Of a stretch of 64,000 nt of DNA, positions 10,717 through 20,970 are shown one piece after another (the stretch's first letter is position 1; each line of letters starts with the position of its first letter). The stretch comes from Nemertoderma westbladi. Lineage: Eukaryota; Animalia; Xenacoelomorpha. The position numbers were made by a program, and so were the translations under genes. The DNA is taken from assembly GCA_032718475.1 (NCBI GenBank), contig JAUCBJ010004830.1, forward strand, positions 1 through 64,000, given 5' to 3'. The notes beneath the pieces are model-generated. The model was not told where the DNA came from, did not search any database, and saw only the letters and a program-made list of their open reading frames with translations.

Positions 10717-13260
10717 TTATCTGTTCCTCCTCACGTCCTCTTCCCTGGCCCGTTTCTTGGTTATCACCGTTCCTCTGGCATCATCCGCTTTCTGCTTCCG
10801 GACCTTCGCCGCCACTTCCTTGCTGATCCCGGTCGTTGGCTCCTTGGGCGCTGGTGTTATTAATGCCCGATACCGCTTCGCCGGTGGCCCCTCAGAATGG
10901 CCTGGTTGTCTCCCTCGTGTGGCGTCCCATAGGATCATTTTCATTGCCTTTGGTACGTGTTCCGCCAAGAAATCCCTAAACTCCCTCCGGTTCTCTGGTG
11001 TCCACCTGTCCAGGTACCATTGCGTGTTCATAACTCCGGCGAACGATGCCGCCGTTGCTACCTCTTGATAGGTAAACGGTAACCTTCGCTTTATGATTTC
11101 CATGTGGGTCTCCTGGTTTATGAGGAAGAAACCCCACTTGAACTCTTGGGCCTTCATGCGCTGGCGCGTCATGGCCCCGACGTCGGCCCACTCCTCGAAT
11201 CTTGTGAACTTTTCCTTGTCGCTCATCCAGTCGCACTCGCGCCCGTAGTGTCCCCGAAAGTGGCACTTTGGACATCGGTTATGCAACCGTGGACACGCCC
11301 CCATCCTGTGACTTGGTTCTCTGCAGTAGAGACAAAAGGTTCCCTTTTGGAACCGGTATAGGCAGCTGCTTTCCCGATGGGTCTGTCTCCCACAGTAGTC
11401 GTAGCCGAGTACCAATGTCTCCCGTCCCACCTCGTCTTTCGTCCCAAGCGATCTCCGCGGTCTATGGAGTCGCTGGTAGGCGAACTTCTCTACGTTGCTC
11501 TCCCTGTTTACATCGATCTCTCCGCCCCTCTCGGGCATCGTCTCCCCGAATACTATCCGTGGTGCCGTTCCCGGTTGCTCGCCCAACCTGATGGTGCTCC
11601 CCGCGAAATCCATCGCCGGCTCCTCGTGCACCCAGGTCCGCTTGCCGGATCTGTTCCAGAAGGCCCTCGCCCCACTGGCTGTCACCACCCTTCCGCCAAC
11701 CCAGTCCGTGTCCGAGTGGCCTATCCTTTCGATGGGCGGCATCTCTCCGAACTCGTCGTCGTCGTCCTCCTCTTCTGGTAGTGTCCCCAATCCCGGTATC
11801 CCGACGGATCCACTATGTCCCTTCCCGCCTTGGCTCTCGCCCGTAGCTCTCCATCCCTCTAGCTCCCTTAGCTTCCTTGGTGGTTGGTCGCCCTCGGCAC
11901 CCGCTGGTATGGGCATCGTTTGCAACCCCGACGTCGACTGTTTCGGCGATCCCACCGTCCATCCCAATTCTCGCCCTAGAGACTCCCCCGAACTCCCTGA
12001 CGAAGTCCAATGAAGTTCGTCTAGGCCCGCCTGTTCCTCGAAGCCGTAACTCTGTGCCCTGGCCTCCTCTTCCCTCTCCTCTGCTTCTATCCTCTCCCGT
12101 CTAGCGACTTCTTCCAGTCGCTTTGCTTCTCGTCTGTCCGCCTCTAGCTGCTCCCATCTCTGATACGGTGTATCTGTCTCCCCGTCTACCAGATGTCGGC
12201 TGTTGTAGTACACCGACTCGCCCTTCAGCCCCGGGTGGTCTACCAGACCGTCAAAGGCCGTCTTAAAGGCTCTCCTGTAGCTTAGGGGTGATCCCGATAA
12301 CAGAAATGCCCCTGGTTCCCTTTCGATAACTACGGTCATGAATAAGTTAAGCAAACTTATCATCATCCAGTCCTCCTGCAGGATATATCGCTTCTGATAT
12401 ACCTTTATCGCTCCTCTGCGAAACTGATATACCTCCTGCTTTCCCGGTCTCGCTCCCCACTTCAGCGAGTTCGCTAGTTCTGCTCCGTATTCTTCCCTAA
12501 ACTTTCCCCAGTCCATTGGTTTGTGGCATACGAGCCCCAATAATTGGCCCATCGCCACAGCCCCGCATTGGCCTGTGTTTTCGACTACCCCTAATCCATC
12601 CGGTGCCGTCATAGCCATAAAGACTTTCTGCATATCCAGGAGGTTGGTGGCGTCCGGACCGATGATCCTCTCCGCGTCCTCGCGAATCGCCGATCCCACT
12701 TTCGTCGTCGACTTCTCTCTTACTAATACTTGTACCGCTTTCGGCAATCGGTCTAATTTCGGCCCGTCCTTCTTCCCATACGTCCCTAGGTCGAATAAGA
12801 AGATGTCCCCATTTGGCGCGGCCAAATGTAGGAGTATGGTCCTGGCCAACCCTGCCGTTCCTCGTCTCGAACCCGCTTCGTCTTCCACGGTTCCCTCGTC
12901 ATCTAGGATCATATATCCTCCTCTGTTGACGGACTCTATGAATCTTTTCCAGTCCTTCCTCGGCGATTCCCTCGGATACTTCGGAATCCCGAACTTTGCC
13001 TCGTCCCCTTTCACCACGTAGTGGAAGTGTTGGAAGATCGCGTTGTCTAGTGACGGGGTCCCGTAGGTCCCGACCAACCGCTGTTCGTGCGCCTCCCGGA
13101 AGTGATCCTGCAGCGCTCGTGCCGCGTGACCCCTTTCCAACTTCTCGTAGTATCCTCTCGTCTTCTCTTCCGGGTGTCTTTCGGTGAAATCCACCAGTAT
13201 TTCTTTTCCTCCTGACTCCGCCTTCCTCTTCCTGATCAACTTACTCGCCATTCCGAACAC
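10717..13260 (-). CDS. Extra ORF of the BEL element: DEDDy (WRN/EXD/Mut-7-like) 3'-5' exonuclease + coiled coil + CCHC zinc knuckles; probable ATG at 13251
   Basis: Uninterrupted 847 codons. ExoI ILDDEG, LLHLAAPNGDIFLFDL, ExoII KVGSAIREDAERI, ExoIII-like QKRYILQED. Knuckles CLYCREPSHRMGAC and CPKCHFRGHYGREC, plus degenerate YDYCGRQTHRESSC. Confidence 0.8.
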   Translation of the reverse strand: MFGMASKLIRKRKAESGGKEILVDFTERHPEEKTRGYYEKLERGHAARALQDHFREAHEQRLVGTYGTPSLDNAIFQHFHYVVKGDEAKFGIPKYPRESPRKDWKRFIESVNRGGYMILDDEGTVEDEAGSRRGTAGLARTILLHLAAPNGDIFLFDLGTYGKKDGPKLDRLPKAVQVLVREKSTTKVGSAIREDAERIIGPDATNLLDMQKVFMAMTAPDGLGVVENTGQCGAVAMGQLLGLVCHKPMDWGKFREEYGAELANSLKWGARPGKQEVYQFRRGAIKVYQKRYILQEDWMMISLLNLFMTVVIEREPGAFLLSGSPLSYRRAFKTAFDGLVDHPGLKGESVYYNSRHLVDGETDTPYQRWEQLEADRREAKRLEEVARRERIEAEEREEEARAQSYGFEEQAGLDELHWTSSGSSGESLGRELGWTVGSPKQSTSGLQTMPIPAGAEGDQPPRKLRELEGWRATGESQGGKGHSGSVGIPGLGTLPEEEDDDDEFGEMPPIERIGHSDTDWVGGRVVTASGARAFWNRSGKRTWVHEEPAMDFAGSTIRLGEQPGTAPRIVFGETMPERGGEIDVNRESNVEKFAYQRLHRPRRSLGTKDEVGRETLVLGYDYCGRQTHRESSCLYRFQKGTFCLYCREPSHRMGACPRLHNRCPKCHFRGHYGRECDWMSDKEKFTRFEEWADVGAMTRQRMKAQEFKWGFFLINQETHMEIIKRRLPFTYQEVATAASFAGVMNTQWYLDRWTPENRREFRDFLAEHVPKAMKMILWDATRGRQPGHSEGPPAKRYRALITPAPKEPTTGISKEVAAKVRKQKADDARGTVITKKRAREEDVRRNR

Positions 13261-13739
13261 TACACTCGCTCACCTGGGTGGTGCCTTACCAAGGCGCAAT
13301 ACAGATGAGTGAAGTATTTAAGATGTTTCGTACAGTTCGATAATGGCCTACTTTCTACTTAATTGCGCCTTTCAAGCTAAATTTAAGCTAATTAATTTCG
13401 GAGCTAGTAAATCAGCCTAATTTACAATTTCCGTCCGTTACTTTTATTATGTTCTAGAACGACTTTCCTTGTGTTGCCACTATTTTACGATTTTAGCCCT
13501 ATTCTATTTATTTGTTTGTTTGCTTTGATTCTAGTGTCCTACTACCTACTACTGCCTATGGGTTTATTCTATTCTCTGATCCATATTCTGGCCTACTCTG
13601 TGGGCCCATGCAGTACAGCAGTATGCGTCGTGTGGCCACACGATTTATCCAGCTGTACTCATATGCCCCCCTCTCGCTACTAACTCTACTTACTGCTAAC
13701 TAATATCTATATCCTATTTACCCCTTTTACCTCTCACTC

Positions 13740-14645
13740 TCTCTCTCTAACTAATGGTACTACGTACCCCCTAACTCTAACTCTAACTAGGTACCACGTA
13801 CCTACTAACTCTAACTCTAGCTAGGTACTACGTACCTACTAACTCTAACTAACTATTGGTACTACGTACCCTCTAACTCTAACTAGGTACTACGTACCTA
13901 CTAACTCTAACTAACTATTGGTACTACGTACCCTCTAACTCTAACTCTAACTAGGTACTACGTACCTACTAACTCTCTAACTATCGGTACTACGTACCCT
14001 CTAACTCTAACTCTAACTAGGTACTACGTACCTACTAACTCTCTAACTATCGGTACTACGTACCCTCTAACTCTAACTAACTATTGGTACTACGTACCCT
14101 CTAACTCTCTAACTATCGGTACTACATACCCTCTAACTCTAGCTCTAACTAACGGTACTACGTACCCTCTAACTCTCTAACTATCGGTACTACGTACCCT
14201 CTAACTCTAACTCTAACTAACGGTACTACGTACCCTCTAACTCTAACTCTAACTAGGTACTACGTACCTACTAACTCTCTAACTATCGGTACTACGTACC
14301 CTCTAACTCTAACTAACTATTGGTACTACATACCCTCTAACTCTCTAACTATCGGTACTACGTACCCTCTAACTCTAACTCTAACTAACGGTACTACGTA
14401 CCCTCTAACTCTAACTAACGGTACTACGTACCCTCTAACTAACTAACTAACTCTAGGTACTACGTACCTACTAACTAACTAACTCTAGGTACTATGTACC
14501 TACTAACTAACTAACTCTAGGTACTACGTACCTACTAACTAACTAACTCTAGGTACTACGTACCTACTAACTAACTAACTCTAGGTACTACGTACCTACT
14601 AACTAACTAACTCTAGGTACTACGTACCTACTAACTAACTAACTA
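13740..14645. repeat. Tandem array of 27 GGTAC-TAC-GTACC hairpin units separated by CTAA/CTCTAA linkers
   Basis: Counted directly; unit ~28-36 bp; lies between the pol stop and the extra ORF. Confidence 0.95.
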
Positions 14646-14753
14646 TTATTTTTATTTTATTTTATTTTTATTTGTGTGGGAAGGGCGTCTCGCCCTCAAT
14701 CCCACCCCCCTCAGTCCAAAACTTGGACGACTAAACTCCACTCTAACTCCAAT

Positions 14754-17700
14754 TTAAGGTGCCCCTTCTAGAAGACAGTATTTACCTACTGCTCTCCTGT
14801 AGGTTTTTCTGTCTTTCACACCTATCTTTCCACCTATCCGCACTTCTACCGATCGGACTCTTCCGTCCTCGTCGGAGTAGGTGCCTACAACTCTCGCCAA
14901 CCGCCACAGGTTGTTGATGATAGTATCATCCGTAACGATTACGAGATCTCCTACTTTTAACTCCCTGTTCGGCTTCCTCCACTTGCTTCGCTTATGGAGT
15001 GTGGGTAGGTATTCCTCTACCCACCTCCTCCAATACTCTGCGCTAATTGCTTTAGCTACTTTCCAACTTTGGCGGGAGTGTATGTTGTCTGGATCTACAC
15101 CCCGCATATCGATGGTCGCTGGCCTTTCCATTAGGAAATGGCTAGGCGTTAACACGTCCAATGACTCAGGGTCATCATTCTCTGGATATAGCGGTCTGCT
15201 ATTAATGATCCCCTCGCACTTCGCAAGTACTGTTCGTAAGACGTCCTCAGTGACCATGTGGGTGTTCATTAGCTTCGTCATTAGACGTTTTGAACTGCCC
15301 ACTAGTCTCTCGACGCATCCTAATGTATGTGGTGCATACGGCGTCCTTCTTTCCCACTTCACTTGTCGTCTCCTCATGGCCGCCCTGACTTCTTCTCCCT
15401 CCAAAATGTCCAAGGCCTCTGCCATCTCACTCTCTGCGCCCACAAAGTTGGTGCCGTTGTCGCTGTATATCACTGCGATCGTCCCACCTTTGCGGTCCCT
15501 AAACCTTTCTAAGGCGTTAATGAATGCTGATGCGGTTGCATCTTGGGCGAGTTCTATCCCTACCGCCCGTGTATTGTTGCATACGAAGATAATACCGTAG
15601 CATTTCTCCGTGTGTCGCATCACCTTGATCTTTATCGGCCCGAACATGTCCACACCACAATGCGTAAATGGCGGGTCGTGCTGTCTTACCCTACTCGCCG
15701 GTAGTGGCGTCATCTCCTGTATGGCTCGCTCCTTCTTCGCCCGTCGGCAGGTCTGGCACTGCCCCACTACCGCTTTAACCTTCTTCCTTAGTTGTTTGAC
15801 CCAAAAGGTCCTCCTTATCTCTGTGAGGGTTCGGTTGGTGCCCCCATGCAGTGTCGATTTGTGGGAGTCCCATATGATCTGGTGGACTATTGGTGATCCT
15901 GTGGGAATGATGATGGGTTTCGGTGGCACGACTATGCTGTTGTTATATCCCACCCTAGAATTCATTACTAGAATCCCATCGTCGTTGAGTTGTGGCGACA
16001 GCGTAATCAACTCGCTGTCCCGTCGGAGGTGCTGTTGGTTACCGACGCATTCCACCTCGTCGCCGTAGTTCTTTCGTTGTTCATAGCAGATTATTGCCTT
16101 GGCCGCTCCTTCCAGATCTATGGTTTCCCTGGTTTTCTTCTTCTTATTAACTCCCGCGAGGAAATTCCCGAAAGCTCTCCAGTACGCCACTAATTTCTTG
16201 GTCTTGTACCAACTAGAACTGTAGCTGAGGAGTTTGTCCGTCGGGTTATCGCGTAGTTCTTGCTTTGGTTGCACGTCCCTAATCTCCCTCACCATCTGGG
16301 AGTATATCTCTTCTCCCTCTGAGTCTCCCTCTTCTCCCTCTGACACCACTTCTGAGCCCGGCTCCACCTTTCTCATTGGCGGCCAGGCCTCTTTAACGCT
16401 CAGAAATTGTGGCCCATGTTGCCACAATACTTCCTTCTTTAAGAAAGTGTGGCGTTCCACGCCCCTCGACAGCAAGTCCGCTGGGTTCTCATCTGTTGGG
16501 CAGTAGTGCCACCTTTCTAGTTCTGTGGTTGCTCTTATTTCGTCCACTCTATTTGCGACGAATATCGTGTATCTCATCCTTTCGTTGTGTAGCCAACCAA
16601 GCACTACCATGGAGTCCGTCCAGTAGTGTGTCTCCACTATGTTGGGAATAGTATCCACTAGGTAGGCTGTGGCTCTAACTCCTAGTCTCGCAGCTGTCAA
16701 TTCTAACTTGGGAACAGATGCTGAATCTGGTGGCGTTGACTTAGCTTTGCTAAAGGCTAGTCTGGGCTTGTGAGCCCCCTCTCGTTGTACTAAATAGAGT
16801 GCCGCTCCGTATGCCTCTAACGACGCGTCGGAGAACATATGTAGGTCCAGATTCGTCATGTTCCCGTCCGGAAAATACACTCGCGGCATGTTGTATGTTC
16901 CCATCCTCTCCAAGTCTCCTGTCCATTTGCTCCACTGTTTCTTGATGACCTCTGGTACCTCTACGTCCCACTCATCCTTCAATTTATATACTCTCTTGAG
17001 TATCTGTTTCCCCGTGACTAGTAATGGGGATGCTAGGCCTAGGGGATCGTATATCCTTGCTATATACGATACATAACCCCTCTTCGTATGGGTGTCTGCG
17101 CCCTCCTGGCTCAGCTGATACTTCAGTTCGTCTGTTCCTCTATCCCACACGATTCCCAACGCCTTTTGCTGAGATTGTGTTCTCTTATTCGCCATGTCCT
17201 GTCCTTTGGCTGTTGTAGGGTTGTCCATGGTCGATTCTGGTTTCTTGTCCTCTATTGCCTTGATAAATTCTTCTGAACTGGATTGGAATTTGGTCAGGTT
17301 GAAGCCGGATCCTTTCAGGATGTCGCGAACCTCGCGCCCTGTTTCCAGTATCTCCTCAACCGTATTTCCAGACTCCATACCGTCGTCTACGTAGAAGCTG
17401 CGTCGGATCATATCGACGGCCCTACTGCTGTATCTATCTTCCTTGCCCTTGACCGTGTCTCTCACTGCCATAGTCGTCGTAAATGAGGACGACTTGGCCC
17501 CCATGTTTTGTACTACCATCTTATACGCTGGTATTATCGGCGGTTCTTCTTCGCCGTTATACCATAAGAAGCGTTGACTGTCACTATCTTTTTCCGTTAC
17601 ACGGACCTGGTTGAACATGCCTTCTATGTCACACGTGAAGGCGTGTTTCCCATTTCGAAATCTAAGTAACACCTCTATGCCCGAATTGTAAATATTTGGG

Positions 17701-17860
17701 CCTTCCAACAGGTAATCGTTTAAGCATTTTCCGTCGGTCTTCGCCGATGCGTCGACTACCATCCTTAGTTTACCTTTCTTTGGATCTAAAGCCACGTGCA
17801 GTGGCAGGTAATATGTTCTATCCGTGTTCGGCTCGTCGACCGGTAACGTTTCCTTTCTCC
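14754..17860 (-). CDS. pol: BEL/Pao pol: RT, RNase H, integrase
   Basis: YYLPLH..KLRMVVDAS, CDIEGMFNQV, FYVDD, FSDAS..KLEL..WTDS..NPADLLSRG, HHCC (HKSTLH..CQTC), GVDMFGP/SDNGTNF/VERLV. The frame is open upstream of the listed 17795 start, to a frameshift near 17860. Confidence 0.95.
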
Positions 17861-20800
17861 GTAACCGTAACCTTTCTCGACGTACTTCTTAATCGTCCTG
17901 TGGATGTACTCATTCTTCTCGGGGCTCCGTTTTAGTGTTTGTTTCAGTTTGCGGAGTCTCGTGAGTACCATCCCCCTATTGTCGGGTAACGGTATCTTCG
18001 GTAGTTTCCATACCATTCCTATAGTATACCGTCCCTCATCGCATGTCATTGATTCCTCCACGCTTTGTAGAGCCTGCTTGTCTTCCACCGAGGTCCCAAC
18101 CCCGGTTTCTTTCAGTCCCTCGAAATCTTGCCTGAGGAGTCTTTTAAGCTGCTCCTCTGCTCCCTCATCGCCCATTTCCTGCATTGTTCCCGCGAACATG
18201 CATCCTGATGTCTCCGACATCCTAAATGGTATCTTGCTCTTTATTGGACCACTCAGCGTCCACCCGAATGGTATTAATATGGCCACCGGGTCGCTCTGCT
18301 TGTCTTCGCCGAAGACCGTTTGCATTCTTTCGTGGGCCGTCGGGCAGTCCATTCCTAATATGATGGATACCTTCCTAACGTCCACGTCTGGGATCGAGAA
18401 GTCAATGTCGTCCAGGAATTTGTATTGCTCGACCTCGATGTTGGTTGGCTGCCTGGCATTGATGTTAATTGACTCTATTACTTGGATGGGGTCGATGGTT
18501 GCCCCATAGTCACATCCCGGTGCCACTGCTGCAATTGCGCACCGTCCTGTCCTCATCTCTAGGATCTCATCTTTGCTAGAGATGGTTGTTACCGCCATTC
18601 TGCTTGGCCTTGTTCTCAATCCTATTTCTTCGGCTACCCATTCCTCGACTAATGTGAAGGCGGCTCCACTATCAACCAGCATTAGTGTTGTTACTGATCG
18701 ATTGCCTTCCCCGATCACTCGCACCGGTACTACTCCAAGTAACACCGTGCCTCTCTTCTTCGCCCCTACCGTGCTCGTTGCCATCGTTTGGCCTCTCCTT
18801 TGGCCAAACTTGACCGGCTTCTCTTGGCATTCCCTGGCCTTGTGTCCACTCTTCACACATCGCGAGCAGATTTTATTGCTCGACGCGTAATCTATCTGGT
18901 CTTGCCTCGGTAGTGCCTGCCAGTACCTGCAGTTCATGGTTTTATGAAACGTATTTGCGTGTAACTGGCATTTGCTCTTTGGGTCGTAGCCCTCTTTATA
19001 CAATGCATTGCATATCGCAGTTATATTCGTACCAAAGTCACTACTATTCTTGTTGACTGGGTTTGGCCTACTGGACGTACTGGGGTTATGTTTATTCATG
19101 TTGTTATTGTTCCCCTGTCCGTTCCATGATGTAGTCTTGTCTTCGTTTGCCTGTGGACTTGCAGTCCCCTGGGTCGCTGCGTATGGCAATGATTGCCTGA
19201 GCCTCGGCAATGCGTTTGATGTATTGTGCTCTGGTTTCGGCCTGTAGTGATCTGTCTTTGGTCCCTTTCCCAGGCTATCTTCGCTATAGACTGGGTCCGT
19301 TATTAGTTCAGCCTCGTAATTTAAGAAGTTTGACATTTCTTCTAAACCTGGTTCCGCACCCTTCTTGTCTCGAGTGGAGAAAGCGATCTTCCTCCACTTG
19401 TTGCGCAGCCAGTTTGGTAGTGCCTGTGCTATCGTGGTGATGTTGTTGGACGCGTTGAGCTCGTACGGCGCGTCTAGCGTCTTCAGCACGATTAGCGCCT
19501 TTTCGACTTTGTTAGCAAACGCCTTGATGCTAACGGGGTTATCCTGTAGGCCACCCGATGTTATGCCTCTCAGCGTCTGCCTGATGATCTTGGCCGGGTG
19601 CCCGTATTCCCTATCCAGTGCCCGCCATGCTGTCGTGAAGCCGCCCTCTATTCCCTGATATTGCCTCACGATGTCGTATGCTGGGCCTCCCGTGTATACT
19701 TGTAGATACTTTAGGCACTCCGCCTGCGTCAAGTTTTTTGTTAGTATTTCGTTACTATACATTTGCCGAAACTGTAAATATTCTTCCGGCCTACTCCCGT
19801 CGAACTTGAATGGTTCCACGGGTGGTAACTCGATCCTCGTTTTCAAAGCATCGATCAACGTGGCCATCCCTATCGCCTGCGCTTCCAATGGATTCGACGG
19901 GTGCTGTATAGTTTCCCCTGTCTGGTGCGTTCCGTCTGTCCTATTTCTTGACCTTCTCTGGCTTGGGTATGTCATTGGGGGTAGCGGCCCCCTCCATATA
20001 TCTGTGTCACACGATCTGTTTTCGTCCAGGGGTCTCGCCGTTCTTGCTACCATCGGGGTATATTGTTGATATTGTGATGGGGGAATGTCACCCTGCCCCC
20101 CCCCCACCGGTATGTTTGGTAATGGGGTTGATGTTAATATGTTGGGGCCCATGCACCTATCCGCAATAATTCCCCCCTCCCCTGGGTATATGTTATGTCC
20201 CTGCATGCTGCAGTCATACTGCTGTGCTGGTACCGGTATAGGCCTATCAGCTTCTGGCCTACCCGCCGGTATGTATTCCGCGACTTCCGGGTTTAATCCC
20301 GTTGTCCACGCTATCCTATTGCCTACATTGCCTCTCTCAGTATGGCCTACGGTATGTGCAGTAAGACCTACAGTATGCCCTACAGTCTGCATGTGTTGCT
20401 CGGGATCGAAGTTTATTCTTCTCGAATAATCCTCCCCGCGGCTACCGTATTCTCGACCGGTAGGTATATTCCGTCGGAGAGTTTCTCTTCGACCCCCCTC
20501 TCTACTGTTTTCATCTTCGTACTGGTACGTCGTGTACCCCTCTCTCGGCGTGTAATGCGTCTCGCCGGGTCGCGTCCCTCCGGGGCGACGGCAATCTCCC
20601 GGAGTCCGACCCCACCGACTCTCCGTTCTCATCTCGACTATCGACGGCTCGCTATCCGTCCTCGCTCTTCTATCGTTCGCGGCGATACTTCTACTACTGT
20701 CTTCCTTTCTTCTCCTATCAGTGGAATATTCCCGCTCGCGAGATCTCTCGTCGACCTCCCAGTTAAACCCCACCGTTCTTCTTCCCTCCTCTGATCGGGC

Positions 20801-20970
20801 CCGACGCTTCGTCCGCCCTCTCGCGACGTCAACCTGTCTCTCTCTGCTCGGTCGCACGCCGCTGGGGATACTCGCGATCCCCCTATTACTTTCCGTCGCC
20901 GGTCGTTGCGGTTTACCTATTTCGGCCCTCGCATTATCCGCTGACGGCTGTGGGACACTCCCTGCCCCCC
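17786..20970 (-). CDS. gag: BEL/Pao gag (DUF1759-type capsid, Zn knuckles) + aspartic protease
   Basis: LPPVEPFKFDGS..F..F..(capsid), CQLH..H..C and CSRC..GH....C knuckles, protease LVDSGAAFT and ILGMD. Joined to the upstream ORF by a frameshift in the G-run near 20965-20974. Confidence 0.9.

Noticed and set aside
10717-13260. env gene
   Set aside because: The position fits, but no signal peptide, fusion peptide or transmembrane anchor is evident; motifs indicate an exonuclease and knuckles.
13740-14645. CRISPR array or telomeric repeat
   Set aside because: Linkers are reiterated CTAA/CTCTAA rather than unique spacers, there are no cas genes, the context is eukaryotic, and it is not a pure TTAGG(G) tract.
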